A stretch of 64,000 nucleotides of DNA. Origin: Macrostomum hystrix. Lineage: Eukaryota > Animalia > Platyhelminthes. Of the stretch, positions 23,156 through 35,871 are shown in pieces. A program made the translations under genes and the position numbers. Under the pieces are notes generated by a model. That model did no database searches. It saw only the letters and a list, made by a program, of their open reading frames with translations, and was not told the DNA's origin. The stretch lies in assembly GCA_950097015.1 (NCBI GenBank), contig CATNEN010000025.1, positions 2,666,001-2,730,000 on the forward strand. The letters are read 5' to 3'. Position 1 is the first letter of the stretch. Every line of letters starts with the position of its first letter.

Positions 23156-26100
23156 GGTTGTCATGTTCATTTAGGGCGAATCAGCGAGGAAATTTATAAA
23201 TATCTAATCAACAGTTACTGCATGCGCAGTATGCATACATCCAAGTAGAAAGTTTTTTGTGTGCGACAGTTGGCTAGTGCCTTATTTTATCTTGCAAGGC
23301 ATTTGCATAAGAAAATGTCAAGCTTGGTTATCATCAACGATCGTAAAAGAATTTCAGAATGAACGAAGGAAATGACGCACGTAGCTAATACTTTTAGAAT
23401 TTCTCGCAGACAGTATTTCTAGCGGCAGAATATTGTCTGTTCATAATCAATACACCATCCGGCGCTCTCTGATATCTACGACCTTTCAAACGGTATCTTG
23501 AATTTACAGAATCATAGTAATCTTCTGCTGACTGAAAGTTAAAAAATGTAGCACAGCAGAAATACCATAATGTTAAAAGGATTACTTAAGTCTGACTGTT
23601 GTGAAAGAAATCCACAAGTATATATTCATATAAAGCAAAATTTCCGTTAACAAGTATATAAAGCAAAATTTCTGCTGCATTTCAGTCCGATTTCTCATGC
23701 ACATTTTATTGGACTGTGAAGCTAAGCATGCAAAGTTTATGCATACATTTTTACATGGGCTGCGAGTGAAATTTTAATAAGTTCAATCACTGAAACTTTA
23801 AGAAGTTAAATAATATTTAAGGTTTCGTGTACCTCTGCAAATTATAATTGTAAATCCAGTTAGAAAATGCCATAGTTAAAAATCCCGGCATTTATATTCC
23901 GTTTAAAGAAGACCAGTTGCATGGCAATTTTGAAAGTTCTATTCCACATAAAGGTAGGAAAACGTTTGCAACTAAAACCTTTAAAGTTATATTAATTGTA
24001 CCATTCCGCGAGAATTAGTTACTTTAAAACAAACTTCAGATAAGTTTGTGCACATGTGTCTGAAAAGTTATTTTATATAACAATTTTAGTAGCAAAGTAT
24101 GCTAAACTCTTCACTCTTTTGCTCTTAAGAATAGCAAAAGTTAGGACTAGATCTCGTGTAGTTCACGTGGGTCTTACATAACTTCAAAAAAAGTAAAAAA
24201 TCTAAAAAATGCTCGATATATTCAGCATGATCAATGTATGTCGCCTGTCTCGCTTTGCTTAGCGCACTCCTTGTACTAATTATTTGTTTCTGCATCGGTA
24301 GCAATCAATGTTCTTTGCCCGCCACCAGACAGCTGCCACTCCTGTAGGATTTCGTTAAGCATGCTCTCTTTATATTTAAATTAATATACTTGTAACTAGC
24401 CAGCCAGCCTATACAATTATTATTGTAGTCTTAATTATCCCAGACAATCGTTTAATGTTTATGAGTTGTGCCTTTTCTCCTGATTTGTTTCTTTAAACTG
24501 TCAAGCTAGTCAAAACTGTCAAAATTATGCTTCATATTTGCTAAAGCAAATTCACACATCATATATACCTAGAATTGTATAGACCTATATTTATTATTGG
24601 CCCATGGGAGATATTTTTCACAAATCATCTAACACTTCATTGACAAATTTATAAGCAAATATATGCATATTTGTTTTACTAAGGTGTTTACTATTCAGTT
24701 GCATATTTTTTCCATGCTATTTTAGTCTGATTCCATTGCAGATTCTACATTTTATTGGGTAATATTTTTATGTAGGCCCTATGCTAACTTCCCCACCAAA
24801 TTTATATTCAGTAAAGCTGCTCAAGTGTTTCTGAGGGTGTGGTTGTTTTGACTCATCATTCTCCATAGCAATAGGGCCTATCATATGTAGACTTGCTATG
24901 TGGTGACTTTGTTTAGTCAAAATAGATCATTTGTAACTATTCACCTTTTTAATTTGTTGTTTTTTTATTTGTTGCCTTTTTGATTGGCTCATGAAATCTC
25001 AATCTACCAACTTGTTAAATCTATACTAATTTGTGAAACTCTAGATAACTCTTATTTATAAAAACGTATGTCTATATGTAACAGTTAATGTATAATATAC
25101 ACTATATACAGGGCCTATACACTATTGGCTTCACCAACACTTTGCCCAAACCAACCTCTTAATGCTACTACTACTGTACTAGCCCTTGACTAGCTGGATA
25201 TGATTGTAGTCCTACAGAAGTCAGAAAATAATACAACCACAACATGCCATCAAGCAATTGAAATCTTACAATTTAAAAGGCTGGATCTCAGTTTGATATA
25301 CCTAGCCTAGATAACCTAGATAACCCTAGCCTACTTATATTGTAGGCTTTTTAGGGCCAATTAATTTCAGTAATAGTGATATTCTTAGCCTTTGTTACAA
25401 TAACAGTCAAAATTTAATTTGTAGAATGGTGGTAAATTCAATTAGAAAATGCATGCACTTAAATCAAACATAAAAACTTAAACAAAAGCAAATTTTGTTT
25501 TGGCTTCAGATAGAATATATAATACAATTCTTTTAATATTAAGAAACATTTTTTATAAATTTAAGAAACTGATTAAGGCATCATTGTCCCTTGTATGTCA
25601 TTGTGTTTTTCCTATTCTTAAAATAAGCAGTTGACAAAATGACTTGCTAATTCCAATCATGTGTAGCTAACCATAGTAATACCTATGTTAATAAAAATGA
25701 AAGCTGTTAAAACATGTTTTTGTTGCTTAAAAATGCAAGCAAAGTATAAAGTGCATTGATTAGCTGTATATGTCCTCTTAAATGTAAGCAATGCATTTTA
25801 ACATGACATTTTGTTTATGTTTATGGCATTTACCAAGTAATATCCCAGTTTCCATTTCAAATCTAGTGTTGTTTATATTTTTTCTATAAGCCACAAATTA
25901 GCAACAGTATAAGGTGCTTGCTTACAAATTTTAATAGGCTTTGATAATATAAGATATGCCATAGAATAGTCTGTATTAACTTTCACTATATAAAACAATA
26001 TTATTCCTGTTATATATTTTTCCATATAAAACATAGATTGATCTAATGCTTTGGTTTCTTGTGTGATATTTTCTACAGAAGGTAACTTTCATGATGTTTA

Positions 26101-26418
26101 GTGACACCAATGAATGTATATCTAAATTTTTTTAGTTATATGCATTTTATTTCATTATGTAACTGTTGCATATAAATTTTATAAACTTTTTGTTTAAATA
26201 TATAGCCTTAAGTTTGAAGGGCCTATAATTTGTTTTATAAAATAAGTTGAGGACCCTTGAGATACACATAAAATGTAGTTTTCTGATTGATTGTTACTAG
26301 CCCAATTATTTTACTTAAGTTGAAATTTAGTAAAGCGAACTATTTCTGTAAATAAAATTGTTTTTGTCCTTGTCTAATACAATCTGCAATACAGGTAATA
26401 TATTTGCAAATTTGTAGC

Positions 26419-26955
26419 ATGACTTCGCGAACAAATCTAAAACAGCAGCTGCTTCGTCAGCAGTTAAATGGCTCCCTGGTGGCCTCGTCGGCTCCTTCAG
26501 CGCCTTCCATTGTTCTGGCATCAACAGCGGCTGGGTCCGCTCAGTCATTGGCCGTTGCTACGGGAGCCAGTCCCGCCCAGAAGTTGGTCATCACATCCCG
26601 CCTGCCGGCAACTAGTATTCACCTAGTAAATCCTGGACAATGGAATCTGACTAGTGGCGTCGGCAGCGGCAGTGCTTCAACGATGCTACAGTTATCCGCC
26701 TTTCGATTAGAGAATCCGACACCGTTTCATTTGGCCCAACAGGAGGCTAAGAGCGTGTCTGTTACGGCACCAACTGCTAGTGTTAATTCCGTTAGTTTTC
26801 AAACTGTCCGCAGCCCGTCGCAGTTGTCGCCAATGTCGCCGAATTCGTTGAACTCTGTGACATCGGCGTCGGAACTTTATCAGCCTATGGACGACTTGGA
26901 CATTGATCTTAATCTGATTGAGCCTACTTTTACTCCACTGTCGTCTACTGTTCCG
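26419..26955 (+). CDS. Mitf: MiT/TFE-family (Mitf/TFEB/TFE3) bHLH-Zip transcription factor, coding exon 1
   Basis: Model 26419-26955, 33425-33888, 34897-35056, 37711-37977 = 475 aa. MiT/TFE N-terminal motifs MTSRTNLKQQLLRQQL and LENPTPFHL; acidic MDDLDIDL; phase-0 donor CCG|GTGAGT. Confidence 0.85.
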
Positions 26956-27121
26956 GTGAGTGAATCTGGCTAGAAGAAGGTTATTTTAGTTTAAACCTGT
27001 TTATATTTTGTTAGCTGTTTCATTGCTGTCGATTGTTTTTAAGTCACAATTTAATAGGTGAATGTCGCAAATTTATGGGACCCTGTCTGAATTTATTAGT
27101 CTTAGATATAAAAATTTGATT

Positions 27122-27311
27122 GGGGAATCCCTTACGATACACATTCAGAGGGGAATCCCAAAAATGTACATGAATAGGGAAATCCCAAATAGGCATGAAT
27201 AAAGGAATCCTAAATGATGCAGAGGGATTCCCGTATTGTGCAGACAGGTAGTCGGAAATCCCAAATGGTACTCACGGAGGAATCCCGAATGTCTCATTGA
27301 AAGGGGAATCC
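27122..27311. other. Cluster of eight GGGAATCCC-like palindromic motifs with divergent spacers
   Basis: Motifs at 27122, 27150, 27177, 27204, 27224, 27254, 27279 and 27303; the first three fit GGGRNNYYCC. Confidence 0.7.
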
Positions 27312-27669
27312 GAAGCCATTTTTCTAATTGTAAAAAATCAAGTTTTTGTAATATAGACTTGAATGAAATCTTGAATGATACCCAAGTTAATTCAACAGGG
27401 CAGACCAGGTTATCGCCCACAAAAAATACCGCTTCATGTGTTTCTTTACCTATTCTGAGCATTTTTTCAGCTTAAGCATTCACGTGCCAATCTGGAAAAT
27501 CCAGTGGGACTTAAATGTCGTGTCTAATCTCCCTTGTCGGCATGAAATTCAAAGTTATTTTAAAAAGTATTCAAATACTATAGCCTGTATGTATTTTACG
27601 TATCAGGGAATACTGTATTTACCTGTTGTTCTTTCTCGGTGATATCCGTGATCCCTCCTACTTTCCAAT

Positions 27670-28655
27670 CTTTTACCCTACTTCTCACTTTCTACCCTGT
27701 TCACCAGTTTCTTACTACCCAGTTCACCTGTTTCTTACTACCCAGTTCACCAGTTTCTTTCTACCCTGTTCACCAGTTTCTTTCTACCCTGTTCACCAGT
27801 TTTTTACTACCCAGTTCACCTGTTTCTTACTACCCAGTTCACCTGTTTCTTTCTACCCTGTTCACCAGTTTCTTTCTACTTTTTTCACCTGTTTCTTACT
27901 ACCCAGTTCACCAGTTTCTTACTACCCAGTTCACCTGTTTCTTTCTACCCTGTTCACCAGTTTCTTTCTACCCAGTTCACATGTTTCTTACTACCCAGTT
28001 CACATGTTTCTTACTACCCTGTTCACCAGTTTCTTTCTACCCTGTTCACCAGTTTCTTTCTACCCTGTTCACCAGTTTCTTTCTACCCTGTTCACCAGTT
28101 TCTTTCTACCCTGTTCACCAGTTTCTTACTACCCAGTTCACCTGTTTCTTTCTACCCTGTTCACCAGTTTCTTTCTACCCTGTTCACCAGTTTCTTACTA
28201 CCCAGTTCACATGTTTCTTTCTACCCTGTTCACCAGTTTCTTTCTACCCTGTTCACCAGTTTCGTTCTACCCTGTTCACCAGTTTCTTTCTACCCCGTTC
28301 ACCTGTTTCTTTCTACTTTTTCACCTGTTTCTTTCTACTTTTTTCACCTGTTTCTTTCTAGCCTGTTTACCTGTTTCTTTCTACTCTTTTCACCTGTTTC
28401 TTTCTAGCCTGTTTACTTGTTTCTTTCTACTCTTTTCACCTGTTTCTTTCTAGCCTGTTTACCTGTTTCTTTCTACTCTTTTCACCTGTTTCTTTCTACT
28501 TTTTTCACCTTTTTATTTCTACCCTGTTCACCTTTTTCTTTCTACCCAGTTCACCTGTTTCTTTCTACCCCGTTCACCAGTTTCTTTCTACCCCGTTCAC
28601 CAGTTTCTTTCTACCCTGTTCACTTGTTTCTTTCTACCCTGTTCACCAGTTTCTT
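27670..28655. repeat. 23-bp pyrimidine-rich minisatellite (Mitf intron 1)
   Basis: Unit GTTCACCAGTTTCTTTCTACCCT with length variants. Confidence 0.93.
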
Positions 28656-29414
28656 TACACCCGCCAGACTATATCGGTTCTACCTACTGCTTTTCTTTAC
28701 CCAATACTTAGCCTTTTCTACACTTTGTTACTTTACATAACAATGCCTGCTAGCTATCTTATTCTTTCTGCCTTATCTTCCCCGTCCTTTCGTGTCCTCT
28801 TCTGTGTGACAAATAGTTGAAACTCAATTCAATTGTATTATGATGTAGCTTCCACATTCACCCAGCATGCAGTCATTCACTCATTAATGAGACTCCCTGC
28901 TCTATTTCTCTATTCATGAGTAATTCGAACTTTGTGTTGAATGAGTAATTCAACTCAGGGCTAAGGCACCAAGTCTGTCTTGAAGCGAAGCCAGACAGTA
29001 AGCTTAAGTAATGTTTGGAGTGTAGGCGGGTCCTCCGGGCCGCAAAGTGTTTCTAATTTGTATGAGTGACTCGACTGTTAGCGGCACCAAGTCTATGCTA
29101 TGCGATTTGCTTGGATTGGGGTGGTCTTAAGCAAAGTAGATAGCCAAGTAGTAAGCTGCGTAATATGCTGCCATAAAGTCTAGTCGCTACTAGACCTAAA
29201 ATAAGTTATTTATATTGGTTCAAGATGCTTTTAGGCGTTCTCTCAATTTTCTGTCCAGCTAAATAGTAAAGCAGGTAAAAAGACTGCATTGTAGTGGCAC
29301 ATTTGCTTCATGCTGCATGCTCACTTCTCTGCCTGTCTGTCTGTTTGTGTCGTGTCTGTCCGTTTCTTAATAGTTTTGTACTGGCTTTCCTATTATCCTC
29401 CATTTTGTCTGCCT

Positions 29415-31975
29415 GGCTGTATATCTACTGTATATGGCTGTATATCTACTGTATATGGCTGTATATCTACTGTATATGGCTGTATATCTACTGTATATGG
29501 CTGTATATCTACTGTATATGGCTGTATATCTACTGTATATGGCTGTATATCTACTGTATATGGCTGTATATCTACTGTATATGGCTGTGTATCTGATGTA
29601 TCTGGCTGTATATCTACTGTATATGGCTGTATATCTACTGTATATGGCTGTATGTCTACTGTATATGGCTGTATATCTACTGTATATGGCTGTATGTCTA
29701 CTGTATATGGCTGTATGTCTACTGTATATGGCTGTATGTCTACTGTATATGGCTGTATATCTACTGTATATGGCTGTATATCTACTGTATATGGCTGTAT
29801 GTCTACTGTATATGGCTGTATATCTACTGTATATGGCTGTATATCTACTGTATATGGCTGTATGTCTACTGTATATGGCTGTATATCTACTGTATATGGC
29901 TGTATGTCTACTGTATATGGCTGTATATCTACTGTATATGGCTGTATGTCTACTGTATATGGCTGTATGTCTACTGTATATGGCTGTATATCTACTGTAT
30001 ATGGCTGTGTATCTGATGTATCTGGCTGTATATCTACTGTATATGGCTGTATATCTACTGTATATGGCTGTATATCTACTGTATATGGCTGTGTATCTGA
30101 TGTATCTGGCTGTATATCTACTGTATATGGCTGTATATCTACTGTATATGGCTGTATGTCTACTGTATATGGCTGTATATCTACTGTATATGGCTGTATG
30201 TCTACTGTATATGGCTGTATGTCTACTGTATATGGCTGTATATCTACTGTATATGGCTGTGTATCTGATGTATCTGGCTGTATATCTACTGTATATGGCT
30301 GTATATCTACTGTATATGGCTGTATATCTACTGTATATGGCTGTGTATCTGATGTATCTGGCTGTATATCTACTGTATATGGCTGTATATCTACTGTATA
30401 TGGCTGTATGTCTACTGTATATGGCTGTATATCTACTGTATATGGCTGTATGTCTACTGTATATGGCTGTATGTCTACTGTATATGGCTGTATGTCTACT
30501 GTATATGGCTGTATATCTACTGTATATGGCTGTATATCTACTGTATATGGCTGTATGTCTACTGTATATGGCTGTATATCTACTGTATATGGCTGTATAT
30601 CTACTGTATATGGCTGTATGTCTACTGTATATGGCTGTATATCTACTGTATATGGCTGTATGTCTACTGTATATGGCTGTATATCTACTGTATATGGCTG
30701 TATATCTACTGTATATGGCTGTATGTCTACTGTATATGGCTGTATATCTACTGTATATGGTTGTATATCTACTGTATATGGCTGTATATCTACTGTATAT
30801 GGTTGTGTATCTACTGTATATGGCTGTATGTCTACTGTATATGGTTGTATATCTACTGTATATGGCTGTATATCTACTGTATATGGCTGTATATCTACTG
30901 TATATGGCTGTATATCTACTGTATATGGCTGTATATCTACTGTATATGGCTGTATATCTACTGTATATGGCTGTATATCTACTGTATATGGCTGTATATC
31001 TACTGTATATGGCTGTATGTCTACTGTATATGGCTGTATATCTACTGTATATGGCTGTATATCTACTGTATATGGCTGTATATCTGATGTATCTGGCTGT
31101 ATATCTGATGTATTTGGCTGTATATCTCATGTATATGGCTGTATATCTGAAGTATCTGGCTGTATGTCTACTGTATATGGCTGTATATCTACTGTATATG
31201 GCTGTATGTCTGCTGTATATGGTTGTATATCTACTGTATATGGCTGTATATCTACTGTATATGGCTGTATATCCACTGTATATGGCTGTATATCTACTAT
31301 ATATGGCTGTATATCCACTGTATATGGCTGTATATCCACTGTATATGGCTGTATATCTACTATATATGGCTGTATATCCACTGTATATGGCTGTATATCT
31401 ACTATATATGGCTGTATATCTGATGTATCTGGCTGTATATCTACTGTATGAGGTAGATCTACTGTATATGGCTGTATATCTGATGTATCTGGCTGTATAT
31501 CTGATGTATTTGGCTGTATATCTCATGTATATGGCTGTATATCTGAAGTATCTGGCTGTATATCTGATGTATCTGGCTGTATATCTGATGTATTTGGCTG
31601 TATATCTGATGTATTTGGCTGTATATATGATGGATGTATCTGGCTGTTTATATGATGTATCTGGCTGTTTATATGATGTATCTGGCTGTTTATATGATGT
31701 ATCTGGCTGTTTATATGATGTATCTGGCTGTTTATATGATGTATCTGGCTGTTTATATGATGTATCTGGCTGTTTATATGATGTATCTGGCTGTTTATAT
31801 GATGTATCTGGCTGTTTATATGATGTATCTGGCTGTTTATATGATGTATCTGGCTGTTTATATGATGTATCTGGCTGTTTATATGATGTATCTGGCTGTT
31901 TATATGATGTATCTGGCTGTATATCTGATGTATCTGGCTGTATATCTGATGTATCTGGCTGTTTATATGTGTCTG
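29415..31975. repeat. 21-bp minisatellite, about 120 copies (Mitf intron 1)
   Basis: Unit CTGTATATCTACTGTATATGG grading into CTGTATATCTGATGTATCTGG and CTGTTTATATGATGTATCTGG; explains the 713, 719 and 865 aa ORFs. Confidence 0.97.
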
Positions 31976-32012
31976 GCTATATAAACGAAGTATCTGTACA
32001 TGTATATTTGGC

Positions 32013-32352
32013 AGGGGGTCAGAGCGGTTAGCACGTTTGCCAAGGTCCATGAGCTCGATTGCGCATGAGGCCATATATATTTGGGGCGCAGCCGCTGAGA
32101 GAAGGCTTGGGTGCTTGTCGTGCAATTTACGCCCTTGAGGGCCAACCTTTTAGGGCACTGTGATAGTGTACACTGCCCGACGATGACAGAGACAGGCCAG
32201 ATACACACACCTGTGTGAGTGTGTAACTGCGTACAGTATCTGTGTGCGTGTGTGCTCAGGCGTCAGCGAAAAGGGCAGAATTGCTTTCTCGCTGGCTGCG
32301 GGTCTAGTGTCACCAAATGATGAGCCATTGTCCACAGCCCTCCTGCAATTAT
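32013..32352 (+). mobile_element. tRNA-derived SINE family A, near full length
   Basis: Collinear with 50971-51320 through the shared 3' end CAGCCCTCCTGCAATTATT; small deletion in the head. Confidence 0.85.
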
Positions 32353-33013
32353 TTTTACTAATGTATATCTGTGTATATCTATATATGACATTCTCTATTT
32401 TAACTAGCAAGATAAGTGCATTGACATTAAGGACATTTAAAAATTAATTCGGTTCTCTCCTTGTATGGAACCTTATCTAGAAATAATGTTCAGACGCGCG
32501 CGAGCAAAGTTCGTGAGAGCTTTTTTAGCATTGATTATTTTCATAGTAAATAGACCTGGGGTCTAAGTAGCTTGTTGTATCCATTCCTCATTCAATAGAA
32601 TTGGATTATGTTTTTAGCTCAGATATTTGCTTCGTTGCATTCAACAGGCGAGGAAAGTTTCATAAAAAAACGGTATAATCTGGCTTCTTGTCGGTTTTCA
32701 ATGACTGTTTTATAATTCCCCATTCGTTCGTTTGTTAGAATCAGAACCATGTACATCTGAAAGGCTTTGAGAATCAAGAAGTACATTCTCCTCCTAATTG
32801 AATTGAAGGGCTTCTATGACTCTGATTTAGTTTAACAAATATTAGCTTAAAAATGCAAATAGAAATTTTTCTGCCTTTTCATTTTCTGATATCTGGAATA
32901 AACTCAGCATAGGAATTAGTGTCTATTAGCTCAGTGATTAGAAAACTGACAATTTGCTTTTATAAGTATAATACTAGGAGTGTGTCGTATAGTCCCAGCT
33001 GAGAGAACCCCAA

Positions 33014-33327
33014 AGAACTGAGTGGGGTAGAGTCCCCCTATAGAACTGAGTAGTATTCCCCAGCTATAGAACTGAGTGGGGTAGAGTCCCCCAGCTATAG
33101 AACTGAGTGGGGTAGAGTCCCCCAGCTATAGAACTGAGTGGGGTAGAGTCCCCCAGCTATAGAACTGAGTGGGGTAGAGTCCCCCAGCTATAGAACTGAG
33201 TGGGGTAGAGTCCCCCAGCTATAGAACTGAGTGGGGTAGAGTCCCCCAGCTATAGAACTGAGTGGGGTAGAGTCCCCCAGCTATATAACTGAGTGGGGTA
33301 GAGTCCCCCAGCTATAGAACTGAGTGG
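33014..33327. repeat. 31-bp minisatellite, about 10 copies
   Basis: Unit AGAACTGAGTGGGGTAGAGTCCCCCAGCTAT, with an internal GGGG/CCCC inverted repeat. Confidence 0.93.
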
Positions 33328-33424
33328 AGTCGCCCTCAATTATGTGTCGGTGCCACTCCAACAGGTTAGTAACCGCAGCAAGTAGCAAATCGTGGCTCCC
33401 ACCTGTTTCTCTTCTGACTTCCAG

Positions 33425-33888
33425 GGCACAGTCAGTTTCGGCAGTGGCACATGCGCTGCTGCTTCTTTACTCGGTGCCGTCAATCGATGCGACGATCTCG
33501 ACGATGAGGTAGATCCGGACGATGACGACTATGACGAAGACGACACTGCTGGCAACGCGACCGCCGGGGTGTCCTCTTCGACCTTGTCGGCAAGTCGGCT
33601 AGTCAAAGCGTCCACATCCGCCCCAGCCAGCTCGGCTCACCTGCTACTGACGTCGCCGCTGCCGGCTAGCAAGAGCGCTGGCTTGGCGCGCCTCCTGGAG
33701 CACGCCGCCGCAGCTCCGCAATCTTCCGCTTCGACGTCGGCTTCTACGTCGACAACGACAACAACAACGGTGCGAGAGCGTTGCAAAAAGGATTCGCACA
33801 ATAGAATCGAACGAAAGCGACGCGAGAACATTAATCACCAGATTACCGAACTGGGCGACTGCATACCCAGATCCTGGTTCAAGGACTG
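33425..33888 (+). CDS. Mitf: Mitf/TFE exon 2 (acidic linker, basic region and helix 1)
   Basis: Acceptor CTGTTTCTCTTCTGACTTCCAG|; KKDSHNRIERKRRENINHQITELGDCIP matches the MiT/TFE basic-helix 1; STSAP resembles the TFEB S211 14-3-3 site; phase-2 donor TG|GTAAGG. Confidence 0.93.
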
Positions 33889-34012
33889 GTAAGGCTTCCT
33901 TCTATCGGCTGATGGGCGTATATTTTATATCTTTCTGGCTAACATTCATGGCTAACATCAGTATGTACATATTTGATCATAGCGCCATTAAGCTCAAGAG
34001 GCTAAGCTCAAA

Positions 34013-34727
34013 AAGAGGCTGAGGTCATGAAGTGGCTGATGTCACAAAAAGGCTGAGGTCATGAAGTGGCTGATGTCACAAAAAGGCTGAGGTCATGAAG
34101 TGGCTGATGTCACAAAAAGGCTGAGGTCATGAAGTGGCTGATGTCACAAAAAGGCTGAGGTCATTAAGAGGCTGAGGTCATGAAGAGGCTGAGGTCATAA
34201 AGAGGCTGAGGTCATGAAGAGGCTGAGTTCATGAAGTGGCTGAGGTCATGAAGTGGCTGAGGTCATGAAGTGGCTGAGGTCATGAAGTGGCTGAGGTCAT
34301 TAAGAGGCTGAGGTCATGAAGTGGCTGAGGTCATGAAGTGGCTGAGGTCATGAAGTGGCTGAGGTCATTAAGAGGCTGAGGTCATAAAGAGGCTGAGGTC
34401 ATGAAGAGGCTGAGGTCATGAAGAGGCTGAGTTCATGAAGTGGCTGAGGTCATAAAGAGGCTGAGGTCATGAAGAGGCTGAGGCCATGAAGAGGCTGAGT
34501 TCATGAAGTGGCTGATGTCACAAAAAGGCTGAGGTCATGAAGTGGCTGATGTTACAAAAAGGCTGAGGTCATTAAGAGGCTGAGGTCATAAAGAGACTGA
34601 GGTCATGAAGAGGCTGAGGTCATGAAGAGACTGAGGTCATGAAGAGGCTGAGGTCATGAAGAGGCTGAGGTCATGAAGAGGCTGAGGTCATGAAGAGGCT
34701 GAGGTCATGAAGAGGCTGAGGTCATAG
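34013..34727. repeat. 17-bp minisatellite (Mitf intron 2)
   Basis: Unit GAGGCTGAGGTCATGAA and variants. Confidence 0.93.
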
Positions 34728-34896
34728 GTTTGCTACATTGCTACATGTATCTAGCCTTGCTTCACTTATGCTACATAATGTAAATAAGATGCTTTACGGA
34801 GTTAAGTTCAGCCACTTCCAGGCACCAGTAATGTAGAGACGGGTCTTTAAGAAACTGAGGTAATAATTCTACATCTAACTTGCACTAAATTAACAG

Positions 34897-35056
34897 CGAC
34901 CTTAAGAAGAACAAGGGCAACATTCTGAAGGCATCGGTGGACTATATACGCGAAATGCAGGCCCAGAACGTTCGCCTGCAGGAGAAAATCGACCTGGCCG
35001 CGGAGCGGCAGAGAAAGGTTGAACAGCTCAACAGGGAGCTGTTTGTGCGCATGCAG
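34897..35056 (+). CDS. Mitf: Mitf/TFE exon 3 (loop, helix 2 and leucine zipper)
   Basis: TTAACAG|C restores the frame. DLKKNKGNILKASVDYIREMQ...VEQLNRELFVRMQ matches MITF NKGTILKASVDYIRKLQ; donor CAG|GTTAGC. Confidence 0.93.
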
Positions 35057-35074
35057 GTTAGCTAACGGGACCTT

Positions 35075-35845
35075 CTCAGATCACTCTCCCAGTTCCTCAG
35101 TGTGAGCTGTCACTCTCCCAGATCCTCAGACTCAGCTGTCACTCTCCCAGATCCTCAGATTGATCTGTCACTCTCACAGATCCTCAGTGTGAGCTGTCAC
35201 TCTCCCAGATCCTCAGTGTGAGCTATCACTCTCCCAGATCCCCAGTGTGAGCTGTCACTCTCCCAGATCCTCAGTGTGAGCTGTCACTCTCCCAGATCCT
35301 CAGTGTGAGCTATCACTCTCCCAAATCCTCAGTGTGAGCTGTCACTCTCCCAGATCCCCAGTGTGAGCTGTCACTCTCCCAGATCCTCAGTGTGAGCTGT
35401 CACTCTCCCAGATCCCCAGTGTGAGCTGTCACTCACACAGATCCCCAGTGTGAGCTGTCACTCTCCCAGATCCTCAGTGTGAGCTGTCACTCTCCCAGAT
35501 CCCCAGTGTGAGCTGTCACTCTCCCAGATCCCCAGTGTGAGCTGTCACTCTCCCAGATCCCCAGTGTGAGCTGTCACTCTCCCAGATCCTCAGTGTGAGC
35601 TGTCACTCTCCCAGATCCTCAGTGTGAGCTGTCACTCTCCCAGATCCCCAGTGTGAGCTTTCACTCACCCAGATCCTCAGACTCAGCTGTCACTCTCCCA
35701 GATCCTCAGACTCAGCTGTCACTCTCCCAGATCCTCAGACTCAGCTGTCACTCTCCCAGATCCTCAGTGTGAGCTGTCACTCTCACAGATCCTCAGTGTG
35801 AGCTGTCACTCTCACAGATCCTCAGTGTGAGCTGTCACTCTCCCA
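35075..35845. repeat. 29-bp minisatellite, about 26 copies (Mitf intron 3)
   Basis: Unit GTGTGAGCTGTCACTCTCCCAGATCCTCA. Confidence 0.95.
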
Positions 35846-35871
35846 ATCTGTCCCTGTCCTAGATCCTCGGT

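Noticed and set aside
29294-32125. Long ORFs of 713, 719 and 865 aa
   Set aside because: They are translations of a 21-bp stop-free tandem unit, open on both strands, inside Mitf intron 1, with no splice or domain support.
33014-33327. CRISPR-like palindromic repeat of about 30 bp (also 53810-54242 and 27122-27311)
   Set aside because: The first two have no spacers and the third has only a 9-10 bp core. There are no cas genes and the context is eukaryotic.
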